Positions 1-10,929 of a stretch of 64,000 bases of DNA are shown here, piece by piece. The position numbers were made by a program, and so were the translations under genes. Origin of the DNA: Octopus bimaculoides (taxonomy: Eukaryota); the NCBI RefSeq assembly GCF_001194135.2, contig NC_068998.1, forward strand, positions 28,223,136 to 28,287,135. The letters are read 5' to 3'. The stretch's first letter is position 1. Every line of letters starts with the position of its first letter. The notes beneath the pieces are model-generated. The model was not told the DNA's origin. It did not search any database and saw only the letters and a list, made by a program, of their open reading frames with translations.

Positions 1-462
1 TGTTTAGCTGTCTCTCTTCATCTTTCGAACTTACGCTCGACAGCTCGCTTACATCTACATACCAACGTCCCAACAACAATGCTCACACGCACAGAAGCTG
101 TAACAACAAACAAGAGCTAAAGATGTATATATTTACCACCTGAATAAATGTTGTTTAAGTTGATAGTCTGGAGTTCAGCGTTCCGTTATATTCTTAATTT
201 TATGTAGGAAAGTCAGGTATACATCTAAAGATGTATAACCCACTTTCCACTAAACATGTAAATCCTTAGTCAACACAACCATTAGCATCCACAATCCCTG
301 ATGATCTCTCATGGTGAATCCACAAATTTAACATTGACAAAAACTGATTCACGAGGATTAGAGTCCCTTATACACAAGTAATATTCCAATTCTGATCAGA
401 GCTGATTGGTTGCTGGCCTTTTAGATAGCTCAAATTACAAAACACATTGAAGTAATGTAATA

Positions 463-1720
463 TGAGGTCGTCAAGTATGAAAATTGTAGTAAGGTATATG
501 TTAAACTTTGACAGCTGCTCATTTTGCAGCATTATTATATTTTGACAATATTTTTTGTTAGAAAGCTGACACATCTATTTCTTTATTCTAACTCATTTTG
601 CACTTTATAAAGTATTCATAAATCGTTTTATGCTATTTTTGTTTAGAGATGGGTAAGTCTGAAATGCGTACAGTTTTGAAATATGAGTTCTTTCTTGGAA
701 ATACAGCATCACCAACAGCTCGGAATATTAATGGGGTATTTCATTCTAATGTTCTTACATAGCAGACAGTATCAATTTGGTTTGCAAAATTTTGTTCTGG
801 TAACTTTGACCTCACAAATGAGCAATGCAGTCAACCAGAAACAAAGGTGGATAATGACCAACTGAAAGTCGCCGTCGAGTCAGAGCCATCTCAAAGTGCC
901 TATGGATTATCGTTGTTGTTTGGTGTTAGCAAGCAAACAATATTGACTCACCTGGTTCAAATTTGTAAAGTGAAAAAGTTGGATAAGTGGGTTCCACATG
1001 AACTCAATGAAAATCAGAAACAGCAAAGTTTGGAAGCTTGCATTATGCTACTTTCTCGACACAAAAGTGAATCGTTTTTTAATCGAATTGTAATATGTGA
1101 TAAGAAATGGATCCAATACCACAACCGTAAACATTCAGAACAATGTTTGGACAAAGACGAGCCACCAAAACACAGTCCAAAAAGCAAAATTCACAAAAAG
1201 AAGCTGATGGTGTGTGTTTGGTGGTGTGGCGCAGGTGTGATTCGTTATGATTTCATTAAGCATAGCTCATCAATCACGGCCGAAGTATTCTGCAGCTAAC
1301 TGGACCAAATGATGCAGAAATTTAGTCAACAGATCTACTCCTATTTTATTGCAAGACAACACCAGACCACACATCGCAAAAATGACATTGGCGAAACTAC
1401 AGGAGTTGGAGTTGGAAGTTCTCCTTCATCCACTATACTCACCTGATCTTGTCCCCACTGACTATCACTTCTTCCAGAATTTGGATAACTTTTTGATAGG
1501 AAAAAAATTTAATTCCGACGATGCTGTAAAACAGGCCTTCCAAGATTAAATTGCATCTAGATTGCCAGGCTTTTACATTTCCAGGCTGGACAAGCTACTG
1601 CTGAAATAGCAAAAGTGTATTGACAATATGGGTGCATACTCTGATGAATAAAACTATTCCTTGTATGTATAAAACATTGGCAAACTTTCTTTTCTACAAA
1701 TTTCATACTTGACGACCTAA
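463..1720 (+). mobile_element. Full-length decayed mariner (DD34D) DNA transposon
   Basis: TIRs TGAGGTCGTCAAGTATGAAAATTGTAG (463-) and CTACAAATTTCATACTTGACGACCTAA (-1720), flanked by TA and TG (mutated TA); ~1.26 kb; transposase remnants inside. Confidence 0.92.
649..1651 (+). pseudogene. Disrupted mariner transposase
   Basis: MGKSEMRTVLKYEF start; WVPHEL, ICDKKW, QDNTRPH and HPLYSPDLVPTDY motifs; in-frame stops (e.g. TAA at 1297) and frameshifts. Confidence 0.9.
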
Positions 1721-2498
1721 TGTATATGAAGAAGGCTGTTACTGCACATGAACATCTCAAAAGAATGCAAGACAATTGTTCAGCAATGATTTAATCAACA
1801 CACTTCAGTCACTCGTTTATAGACGTGTTATTTTTCTCTCTCTCTCTCGACTTCCCGCATTTTAATGGTCTTTGCTCCTCTGTAATAGCTATCTGATTAC
1901 TCTTGCCACTGATGGTCATCTATATCTCCTTCCTTCTCCAACCACTTTTTTCTATCTCATTATACATTTTAACTTAACCTTTCATCCCAGATTTTCACCC
2001 TGCTAGAACCGTCCCATCCCGTCGCCGACATTTTTCCTGTAAACATTGCACTCCGATTACGTTGGTTCTGAAAAGCTTTGCACTTCTCCCGTCTTGAATA
2101 AACCCCGCTCTTGAATAAACTCCTCATTTCTGAAATTCTGTTCTAGCCTTCAACTACCCTCCATACTTTAACCGATGATATATATCATCGAGTTTCTTAA
2201 CCCCGTTTTAAAACCAAGGACTTTGCTATTCTCTTCGAACAAAATCTCTAAGCGTCGTAAAGGTGTTCCCAACTTAGTTCTATTACTAATTAAGAAAAAA
2301 TGTTACAGTTTGAAGAGATAAGTGATAATTAATGCCGGTAAAAAAAATCAATAAGATAAACTGTAATAAGTCTGCCCGAAACGTTCGAACTCATATTACA
2401 AAACACAAACGAAGTGATCTTATTTTACAAAGTCACTTAATTTCTCTCTTTAAAGTGCCAATTACCAAATTATCTACGAGAATGAACACCAGAACTGA

Positions 2499-2513
2499 GC
2501 GGAAGTGACGTAA
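2499..2513 (+). promoter_or_regulatory. Overlapping ETS-CRE composite motif in Rab8 promoter
   Basis: GCGGAAGTGACGTAA, 14/15 match to the (G/C)CGGAAGTGACGTCA motif of housekeeping promoters, ~70 bp upstream of the ATG in a CpG-rich, TE-free region. Confidence 0.6.
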
Positions 2514-2578
2514 ATTGAACGTCAGCTATTATGTAAATTAGGGTGTTTCCTGAGCAGACGCAGCCATTGAAGCATTGG

Positions 2579-2588
2579 CAAGATGGCG
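2579..2588 (+). promoter_or_regulatory. YY1-like motif overlapping Rab8 start codon
   Basis: CAAGATGGCG spans the ATG at 2583. Confidence 0.45.
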
Positions 2589-2706
2589 AAGACTTACGAT
2601 TACTTATTCAAGCTGCTACTTATAGGAGATTCAGGAGTAGGCAAAACTTGCGTATTGTTTCGATTCTCTGAAGACGCCTTTAATACCACGTTTATTTCAA
2701 CTATAG
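2583..2706 (+). CDS. Rab8: Rab8 small GTPase exon 1 (124 nt)
   Basis: [42 protein letters not shown] with P-loop; donor G|GTAAGT. Confidence 0.98.
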
Positions 2707-5700
2707 GTAAGTACATGATAATCGATCAATTATTTTTTTCTTTTTAAAATATATTATCCAGCCGCCACAAGAGTTTATTTAGCTGTTCTGTCATCGCCAA
2801 CCATTTACTTACATATACAGACAAAATATAATAGCAACGAGTTTAATTGTAGAAGTTGTCATTATTTATCTGAGTGTTTCTAAAGTAGCTATATGAAAAT
2901 GATAAAGAAAGAAAGAAATGTACTGATTAAGTCAATTTCCGATTTTCCTAGTAAGTGTCGGAAGTGAATTTACAAGTTAAGATGTTATCCTCCCCCATTT
3001 ACCAGTCATATTTTAAGAATTGTTTCTGATCAATTATGTTTTCCTTTGTTCCATATTTATTTTCTAGTTCTTACTTATGTGATAACTTACTGTGCAGAAT
3101 TTGTTACGTTTGTGTTTCGTTTAAGTAAAGAGAAAGTGGTTCTTTTAAGAAATGTTACTTGTCTAGTGGTGGGTCTCGACCTGTGGTAAAATTGGTCGGG
3201 TGTTTGGTGCGTGATCATCTATTCCGGCTACATTTGTCGTTTGCTGCTTACAGTATTTAAAAAAAAATTAAGTTGTGAATTATGACTTGATTACTGTTCT
3301 CGACTGTCAACATATTTATAGATATCTGAAAACTCATTTTATATACTATCTCGGCGCTTAATGTTTATTACAGGATTCTCATTAACTGCCAAACAAGTGC
3401 CTGTCGGAAACTTTTTTTGTAATTATCATCGCACCATACACTTCGTGTATGTTTATACTCTAAAGTTTGAAATAATTATAATATTGAAAAGTTATTTCAT
3501 CTCCAGTTAATCGTGATTATTATCAAAGGCGTTCACGGTATGACCATTTATCTATTTTTTAGGCACAATGTATCTAGAGTTATGTTATTCAATGTGTCCT
3601 TTTCCCCAAACGGTAGGTTGGGATTTGAAGGCGATTTGGTTGCAAGCGACTATGTATTGGTACGTTGTACAGACAAAATATAAGCTACATATTGCTATTA
3701 TGTTTAAAGATTTCAAGAACTGTCTGTAAAAAATATTTCGTTTTAATTTTCTTTAGAAATATTTTAGTCACGATGTTCAATGATAAAAGCGTGTTATTCA
3801 ATTTATTTAGCAGGCCGAAAGTTTTCTTTGTATGTTATACCACTCCAGTCTATGTGGGTGCACTGTTAAGCCGGCCTTATTTCACTTAGCAGTTAAAGTT
3901 ATATGTTGTAAACCAGATTTACTGTTGCCGGAATCTAAGCTACTGTAAAAATTAAAAAAAAAAAAAAATAAAAAGCAGCTAATTTAGATGTTGACCTTTT
4001 GTTCTCAATTCGAAAATTTTTCATAATTCTCATTTGACATAATAAATTACTGAGGTATTAATTATTTTAACTTAATGTGAATATTGCTTTAAAAGTGAAC
4101 GGTTTCTTTTTTACTAATAAGAATTTTAATATAGCTAATTATATTTTTTATTCTGGTTAGTCTTGATATAATGAACACTAATTGAGTCACCGAAGAGACA
4201 CGTGGGTATTGCAAGTGAAGTTGATTGACAATCAAGACATTTCCTTGACATCACTCACTCACATATGTGTGTACGTGTGTGTGTTTGTATATCTATCAAT
4301 ATGTGTGGGTTACTGACAGCTTTGCAAGTACTCTTTGAATAGAGATCCGTATTAAAACGATGTTAAACTGTCACCGATCAGGTGATTTGTGTCTATGGGA
4401 TTTTTACGTCCTTTTTTCTTTTTCTCTTTTTATGTACAAAACTTATTTAGCAAGTGTAACTGTTTACACGTCACTGCTATGTTTTGGACTGCTTAGAAAA
4501 ATGTTTGAAGCTTCTTTAGTTTAATCATAATTTGAAACGTGTGGATCTATAATTTACACTTCTATATAATGATAATTTACAAGTTCTATATTCCAGTTAC
4601 TAGTTTATCAAGTTATCAGTCATTATTATTTTCAATTGACTTCTTTTCAAATTTATTTATTTTTCTAAGAAACGTGTCCAAGATATTCTCAAGTTTTTAC
4701 TTTAATTCTTTTTTTTTTATAACCTTGATAGTGACTGTGTCGAAAAATAACATCTCGTAGCATTCATACTTTCGGATTTCATTTATTAGTTAGAAACAGC
4801 AGAATTTTATTACAACGCAAGTTGTAAATGTACTTAAGAGTATGTTCCAAGTCCGCCTGGATCGAAGACTTTTGATATGTATGTTCCAGCCATGACCACT
4901 GCGTCTTTTTATTTAGAACATAGTGTGACTAGGACCACGCTACACAATGTACTTTTTCATTAATAATCCATGTGATTTGAGAGAAGTTGGCTACTACTTT
5001 TAGCAGGATGACCGGCAGTTGGTGGCGTTCCGTTGGTTCGAGGTGACGTTTAAATAGGATAGAACTTGAAAATTGGTTTCATAACTCGGGTGTTTTCTTT
5101 TATGTAACTTAATTTTTATCGTTGTTTGCTTCTCATTAATCTATTCAAAAAAATATCTAAAAATTGTAACACATGATACATAATCTTTGTTTTAGGCCGT
5201 GCTCGAGCATAATTTCTTTTCTGTCTCCTAGTTTTCTCATTTTATACGTAACATCCTAAATTAGCAATGCTATTTCAGTTAAAAATTCAATAGCTGACTT
5301 ACTGCTTTTGTTGTCATTTCAAATAAACTAACAATTAACTTACGTCAAAGCAGGTTTTATTCTTAAACTATCACAAGTATTATGTTTGTAGAGAGATAAA
5401 AATCTATAGTTTCTGAGATTTTTTTAAAAACCATGTTCAATGGGTGCCTTCCTGGCAATCAAGGAGGGGAAGTTCTCAAATTGGTACCGTTAATATGGAA
5501 TGTAAAAATTCATGTAATAGATAAAAATAGTTGGGCCACCGAATGAATGATTTTATGAAATATTTGTTGAAACATAGTGTGTCATATACGAAGTCCTTAT
5601 AAAGTTTTATCTGATATATTTTCTGGACTGAAAGGATCTTAAATTTCGTAGTGTTCGTCATGATAATAGGTTTGTGAGAGAAGGTCACTGCAATAGTGAA

Positions 5701-6369
5701 TATTTTATATGTAATGGTGTAGTGTTTTTGAAGAGATCTTTCAAACAGAAGTGGCGACATGATACTGTTAATCTTTGAAATAAGTAGGAAGTTAAATGTT
5801 ACTAGATTGTTGGTTTTCTGTTAGAATACTAATGTGGTAAGTTGATTAAATAAACTGACGTTATCAGTGGTCATTGTGAATAGAAAGGTGCGAAGTGTTA
5901 TCAAATAGCATTATTTTGGACGGAGATGATTATAGATTTAAAATAAAAAAATCGGATAACGGATTCCTGTGGGTTGCTAGAATTTTTGGGGTGTGGTTTG
6001 TTTTGTCTGTATGTCAGTTGAACCTGAAGTTTCTGATCTCTGAAATTAGATCATACTTAACCCGTAAGAAAGTACTTTCCTTAGAGAGTTCCTGAATTGT
6101 ATGCTATCAAAAAGTTTCTATCCATTTAGTATCACAGCTTTGATTTTATTAATTTTTATCCAGCTGGTAATTATGATTCTAGGAAGCTTCTGATAATAAG
6201 GCATAGCATCTACAATATTGTATTCATTTTCCTTGCGAAAAGTAATTTTCTTATTTATTATTTGCACGAGCCTAATTAATGTTTTAATGGAGAAAACAAA
6301 CAACACAGAATCTTTAGTAAGGATTCAATTGATATTCAGTTCGGGTTTCAAGCAGATGACCAGATTTTA

Positions 6370-7079
6370 CATAGCAAAAACAAGCTATGTTTGTGTGTGT
6401 GTGTTTGTATCTGTGTATGTAGGTGTGTGTGTTTGTATGCGTGTTTGTATCTGTATGTATGGGTGTATGTATGTGTATGTATATGTGTTTGTATATGCGT
6501 ATGTATGTATGTATATGTGTGTTTGTATATGTGTATGTATGCATGTGTATGTATGTATTTGTATATGAATGTATATAAGTATGTATCTATATATGTGTAT
6601 ATGNNNNNNNNNNNNNNNNNNNNNNNNNNNNNNNNNNNNNNNNNNNNNNNNNNNNNNNNNNNNNNNNNNNNNNNNNNNNNNNNNNNNNNNNNNNNNNNNN
6701 NNNGTGCCTTAAAATTTAACACACTCACCATTAAAATTTCCACTTATTTCTTAATTTTATTTTCCTAAAGTTTTTGTTGCGTTTCGCAACCTTTTCAATA
6801 GTCTTGACTCCGTCCGTTATTTACGTTGCGATCTGCTTTTGCTTTTTTTTTTTGTTTTTGCGCATGCGTGTGTCTCGGTGTGTGTGTGTTTGTATGTATG
6901 TGTGCGTGTGTGTGTGTATGTATGTGTGCATGTGTGTATGTATGTCTGTGTGTGTGTGTGCATATGTATATATGTATGTATGTGTGTGTATGTATATGTG
7001 TGTGTTTGCATGTACGTATGTATTCTGCATTTTTGTGTGTTTTTTTTTAATAAAAGCCCATCAACTGTGCAACCAAAAA

Positions 7080-7122
<43 letters not shown>

Positions 7123-7132
7123 NNNNNNNNNN

Positions 7133-7168
<36 letters not shown>

Positions 7169-7172
7169 TATA
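6370..7172. repeat. Compound (GT)/(GTAT)/(TA) microsatellites around assembly gaps
   Basis: Direct inspection; N runs at 6604-6703 and 7123-7132. Confidence 0.95.
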
Positions 7173-7956
7173 ATGTATTTAGTTCGCTAAGCCTGTGCCA
7201 TATATCTGTCCAAGCAGAGTTGATCATGATTATTTAGTTCATTTACTTGTAAGAATTTGGATCGTGTGGAGCATTGAAATACGAGATGGATCTGGAGTTA
7301 TTGAGTGCAATCTACTACATATGTAAAATTAATTTATAAATACTTTCTAAATGAGATGAGAAATTATCACTTCTTACCCAGTATTAATTAGAGACAATGT
7401 AATTTTATAGTGGACTAAAATGTTAATATCATCATTGATTCTTTGCTTACTAAAGATTTAATTTGTAAAAGAAAAGTCATTTATACTTTAAAATATTACC
7501 TGTTTTGAAATTAAAATGCGTTCTAATTGGCCAAAATGATTAAGTGATTCACAGTACTGAGTTTTGTCTTTCTATGTTAAAAACCTCTCAAAGCTGGCTT
7601 AGTTTATCATTTCTTAAAGAATAGGAGACAAATTTATAAAGTTTATACATGGAAAGCGGATGCTGAATGATGATGATGAAGATTTTTCCCAAGTTGTCTT
7701 TGTTGTTGTAGGAATTGTTTCACATCGTATATGATACACAAAAACTTTGAAAGAGTGACTTTTCAAACCTACTTTCTAACTCTCAGAGAATGAGAATGTA
7801 AACTAGAGAAATTTTATCATAAGCAATGATTTTCCTTAAAATCATCACATTTGTGAAGATAATTCATAAAAGATATGTCATTTATGTATCTAAGTTCTGT
7901 ACTTACAAAGTTAATAGAAACCAATTAATATATATTTTACTAATTTTTAAAATCAG

Positions 7957-8017
7957 GTATAGATTTCAAGATTCGAACAATAGAACTAGATGGAAAGAAA
8001 ATCAAGCTACAAATCTG
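7957..8017 (+). CDS. Rab8: Rab8 exon 2 (61 nt)
   Basis: CAG|GT ATA GAT..., IDFKIRTIELDGKKIKLQIW; donor TG|GTAAGT; phases fit exons 1 and 3. Confidence 0.98.
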
Positions 8018-8300
8018 GTAAGTTAGAAATTTTTTTCTTTTGCTTTACTGCTGGATTACACATCCTAGAAAGGTATGCAGAATACAGTTTAGAAAAGTGT
8101 GTAATGTAAGTATTTTATGAATGAAGTAGCTTTATCTTTATAGAAACATATTATTTAGTGTTCCTTGAGACAGGCATAAATAAAAGAAGTAAAATGGGGT
8201 TATAAACAAAACACCAACTTAAATTTGAAACCAAGTTATAAGATTAGAAATGATCTCATTATAAATCTCACTGAGAGATTTAAACAGCAGTGTTATGATA

Positions 8301-8677
8301 AAGCAGTTGTATACTGTCAACTTAATGTGACAGTCCCAATAAGGGAATCATACTGCTGCTATTTAGCCCTAGGAAGCTGGACCGATTCCTGTCAGCCTTG
8401 ACACATTTCCTAGAAATATATATATTTGCAAGAGGTTGACAAACATCTTCAGCCAGCTGGTCTTGCTACTTCAGGCTGATGATGAGCAATGACTCAGAAA
8501 CACGTCCCTGAATGCAGATTAGGCTGGGTGGGGGTGCTTGTCTCCCCCTCGCAAATATAAGGACACAGGAAATGTGTCAAGGCTGACAGGAAGCGGTCCA
8601 GCTTCCTAGGGCTAAATAGCAGCAGTATGATTCCCATATTGGGACTGTCACATTAAGTTGACAGTATACAACTGCTT
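8301..8677. repeat. ~377-bp fold-back element: 111-bp near-perfect inverted arms plus degenerate inner arms
   Basis: 8301-8411 is the reverse complement of 8567-8677 with 2 mismatches; weaker pairing continues inward (TATATTTGC/GCAAATATA, CAGCC/GGCTG). Confidence 0.97.
8470..8512 (+). ncRNA. Minimal type I hammerhead ribozyme motif
   Basis: Stem I TTCAGG/CCTGAA; core CTGATGA; stem II TGAG-CAATGA-CTCA; GAAA; minimal stem III AC-AC-GT; GUC cleavage triplet (cut after 8506). Confidence 0.85.
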
Positions 8678-9249
8678 CAAGTTATAAGAGTCGGTTTACT
8701 AAACACTTATCATAGTGTGTGTGTGTGGATATATATATATATATATATATTTTAATTTATAGGTTTGAATAATTTTGTGACAAAAGTATCTTCATATGGT
8801 AGTTGAGGTCTTTGTATTTTCTAAACTTTGCTAATACCAGTGATATAAAAATCAGTCTACTGTAATGACTTATATATGATATATAATGTAAATTATTATC
8901 ACAATATTTGTGTCGGAAACAATAAACAATGATTTTTATTTTTGTAAACTAAAATAGTCGAATATGAATCTGAAAGTTGTCAGCTTATTTTCCATGATTA
9001 ATATGAATATTTCGTAACATTAAGAATTATAAATATCTTTGTTTTAAAATATGTTACTCCTTGAAGAGTAAGCACTAGTAATTGGAGCAATGAATTCCAT
9101 TTCTCCATTTATAGTATTCTTATAAGTCACCAAACGCTGACTTATAAGCAGTGTCATCTTGAAATGAAATACACTGAAGTAACTCCTCTTACAGTCAGAG
9201 GCATTATTTACGAGTAACTGACACCTAACATCATATTAACAAAATTCAA

Positions 9250-10621
9250 CATTAATAGTCTAGAATCGAAGGGCCATAGGGTTAACCTAGCAAAAACCAA
9301 AGTCTTAAAAGTAGGAAGGCTGTCAAATCACAATCCCTTTCAAGTAGATGGCCCTACTCAATCTGTAGAAAAGGTGTGGGTTGAAGCTCCATACAATGTA
9401 CCTGGTGTAAGCTATGGACACATAATATCAAAGGAAAGCTAACCGGGAAAAGAGTTTTGTGTGTAGCAGATGCACTGGTTCAATAAACACTGAAGATGTA
9501 CAGAAAACAGATTCCATCACATGCAAGGGGGAGAAACTTGAAGTAGTTTATAGCTTCTGCTACCTAGGAAACCAAGTCTGTAGTGGGGGTGGTTTCTCTG
9601 AGAGCTCCTACCTCTGCTAGCAACTAAGGACCTCTCGCTCAGGGTGAAAGGTAGACTGTATAATGCATGTGTGTGAACTGCCATACTACACGGCAGTTAA
9701 ACATGGACCATGAATGCTGAGGACTTGCGTAGGCTTGAAAGAAATGAGGCTAGTATGATGTGTAATGTCAGTGTGCATACATGACAGTGTAAGTGCCCTG
9801 AGAGAAAAGTTGGGCATAAGCATCAAATGTGGTGTGTAAGAGAGACAACTGCGCTGGTNNNNNNNNNNTGGTGTGTAAGAGAGACAACTGCGCTGGTATG
9901 TTCATGTGTTACATATGAATGAAGACAGCTGTGTGAGGAAGTGCCACTCCCTAACTGTAGAAGGAACCTATGGAAGAGAGAGAGCCAGGAAGACATAGGA
10001 TGAGGTGGTGAAGTATGACCTTTGAACATTGGGCCTTACAGAGGCGATGACTGATCAAAACCTTTGGAGATTGCTGAAATTGAGAATACCTGGTAACTAA
10101 AGTGAGATCGCAGCCACACATGTCTGGCCCTGTTAAGAATACCCCTGATGCGTCGGGCAATATGATATGTTTGAGAAGACCTGTTGAGTCAAGTAAAACC
10201 AATATTGTAGCTGTGGCCAATTCCTGCTGACTGGCTCTTGTGCTGGTGGCATGTAAAAAGCACCATCTGAATGTGGTCAATGCAGGTCCGCCTGACTGGT
10301 TCCCGTGCCGGTGGTACGTAAAAAGCACCAACTGAATGTGGCCGATGCCAGTACCCCTTGACTAGTCCCCATGCCGGTGGCATGTGAAAAGCACTATCCA
10401 AACATGATCGATGCCAGGCCCGCCTGACTGGCTCCTGTGCTGGTGGCACATAAAAAGCACCCACTACACTCTCGGAGTAGTTGGCGTTAGGAAGAGCATC
10501 CAGCTGTAGAAACATTGTAGATCAGATTGGAGCCTGGTGCAGCCGTTGGCTCTCCAGTCCTCAGTCAAACCGTCCAGCTCATGCCAGCATGAAAAATGAA
10601 CTTTAAACGATGATGATGATG
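9250..10621 (+). mobile_element. 5'-truncated RTE-clade LINE (RT C-terminal half plus 3' UTR and (GAT)n tail)
   Basis: Degenerate LESKG..VNLAKTKVL, CKLWTH, FCYLG, RxRWYVH, W.EVVKYDL motifs, then a repetitive 3' UTR ending TTAAACGATGATGATGATG. Confidence 0.85.
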
Positions 10622-10929
10622 AATAAAACCATCAGCACTTAGAATAATGTTAATGTAGTGAAATGTGGAAATTAGGTGTTGTTGTGTGTGTGGGTGTGGG
10701 AGGGCTTATAAGAAATGTGAATAGCATATGGAATAAGGTGCCACAAATGAGGAAAATAAGGACAGTTTGCAAAGTTTGGTTGATTTAGATTTGGTTATAA
10801 TATAAACAATGTTAAAATTGGCTCTACACTAGACTGGTTTTAGAGTCATGAACAAATGCTAAATGTAAATAGTGAAATATGGGTAGATAACTCTGAATTT
10901 TTCCTGTGCCTTATATACATTTGAGATAT

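Noticed and set aside
9491-9515. CTGAAGA-TGTACA-GAAA
   Set aside because: Inside LINE coding remnant; no stem I or III pairing
9839-9897. 29-bp direct repeat TGGTGTGTAAGAGAGACAACTGCGCTGGT
   Set aside because: Copies flank a 10-N gap; most likely a contig-overlap artifact
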